This document shows positions 63,867 to 64,000 of a stretch of DNA of 64,000 nt, piece after piece (the first letter of the stretch is position 1; each line of letters opens with the position of its first letter). The position numbers were made by a program, and so were the translations under genes. The notes below the pieces were generated by a model. The model searched no databases. It worked only from the letters and a program-made list of their open reading frames with translations, and was not told where the DNA came from. This DNA comes from an uncultured Anaerolinea sp. (lineage in GTDB: Bacteria; Chloroflexota; Anaerolineae; Anaerolineales; Anaerolineaceae): the NCBI GenBank assembly GCA_964483135.1, contig CAZAAJ010000002.1, forward strand, positions 6,511 to 70,510. The letters run 5' to 3'.

Positions 63867-64000
63867 TCACCTCAATACCAGGATGATCCCAAATACGATC
63901 TCAATCGCAAGGCTGATCCAGTTGGAAGACGCTGTCGATTTATCAAGGAATATCGAAACGAGCCGAACTAGGGCAATTGCCAGGTATCCAATACCCAGCA
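63867..64000 (-). CDS. C-terminal fragment of a membrane protein (gene starts beyond window end)
   Basis: Not in ORF track. The minus-strand frame reads ...LGIGYLAIALVRLVSIFLDKSTASSNWISLAIEIVFGIILVLR, with a TGA stop at 63869..63867 embedded in the GAGGTGA RBS of degV. Function unknown. Confidence 0.35.
   Translation of the reverse strand, partial: LGIGYLAIALVRLVSIFLDKSTASSNWISLAIEIVFGIILVLR

Overview
The gene content looks like a roughly 50-55% GC anaerobe, possibly Chloroflexota/Anaerolineae-like; this is a weak inference from PATAN/CvnD-type GTPase genes, a Na+-pumping decarboxylase and dense overlapping operons. Everything here is read by eye from the sequence and ORF track, and family names rest on remembered motifs, not searches.

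Layout:
- (1) 1-203: truncated DegV gene, followed by an MFS transporter.
- (2) 1870-11854: three-subunit xanthine-dehydrogenase-family molybdenum hydroxylase, a CodA/AtzC-like amidohydrolase and a BMP-family (nucleoside-type) ABC importer.
- (3) 12026-17258: Na+-translocating biotin-dependent acyl-CoA decarboxylase (alpha, small membrane subunit, biotin carrier, beta), co-transcribed with a cyclase-family hydrolase and a GNAT-like ORF.
- (4) 17304-19237: DUF2877-like gene, a membrane-anchored C39-like peptidase and a self-contained tRNA-Phe(GAA) unit.
- (5) 19240-22891: PATAN(DUF4388)/CvnD-type GTPase/V4R-like operon, divergent from an orphan 545-aa ORF.
- (6) 22928-24112: kbl.
- (7) 24155-58557: about 34 kb surface-glycan super-locus, the most interesting part.
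  - It has three NeuB-family synthases, four CMP-ulosonic-acid synthetase paralogues, NeuC, a PseB-like dehydratase and many glycosyltransferases.
  - It also has two GT-C-like membrane proteins, a CstII/DUF115-like transferase, three KpsC/KpsS-like paralogues, a Wzm/Wzt exporter and fcl.
  - An embedded MoaD/ThiS-like Gly-Gly protein sits in it, together with a 6.4 kb low-GC neuCAB-containing insert. A wHTH regulator with a clear promoter/operator heads one operon.
- (8) 58686-64000: Ig-like/zinc-ribbon membrane protein, ABC-2 exporter, YhfC-like protease, DUF1295, DegV and a truncated membrane ORF.

I saw no CRISPR array, transposase, integrase or rRNA.
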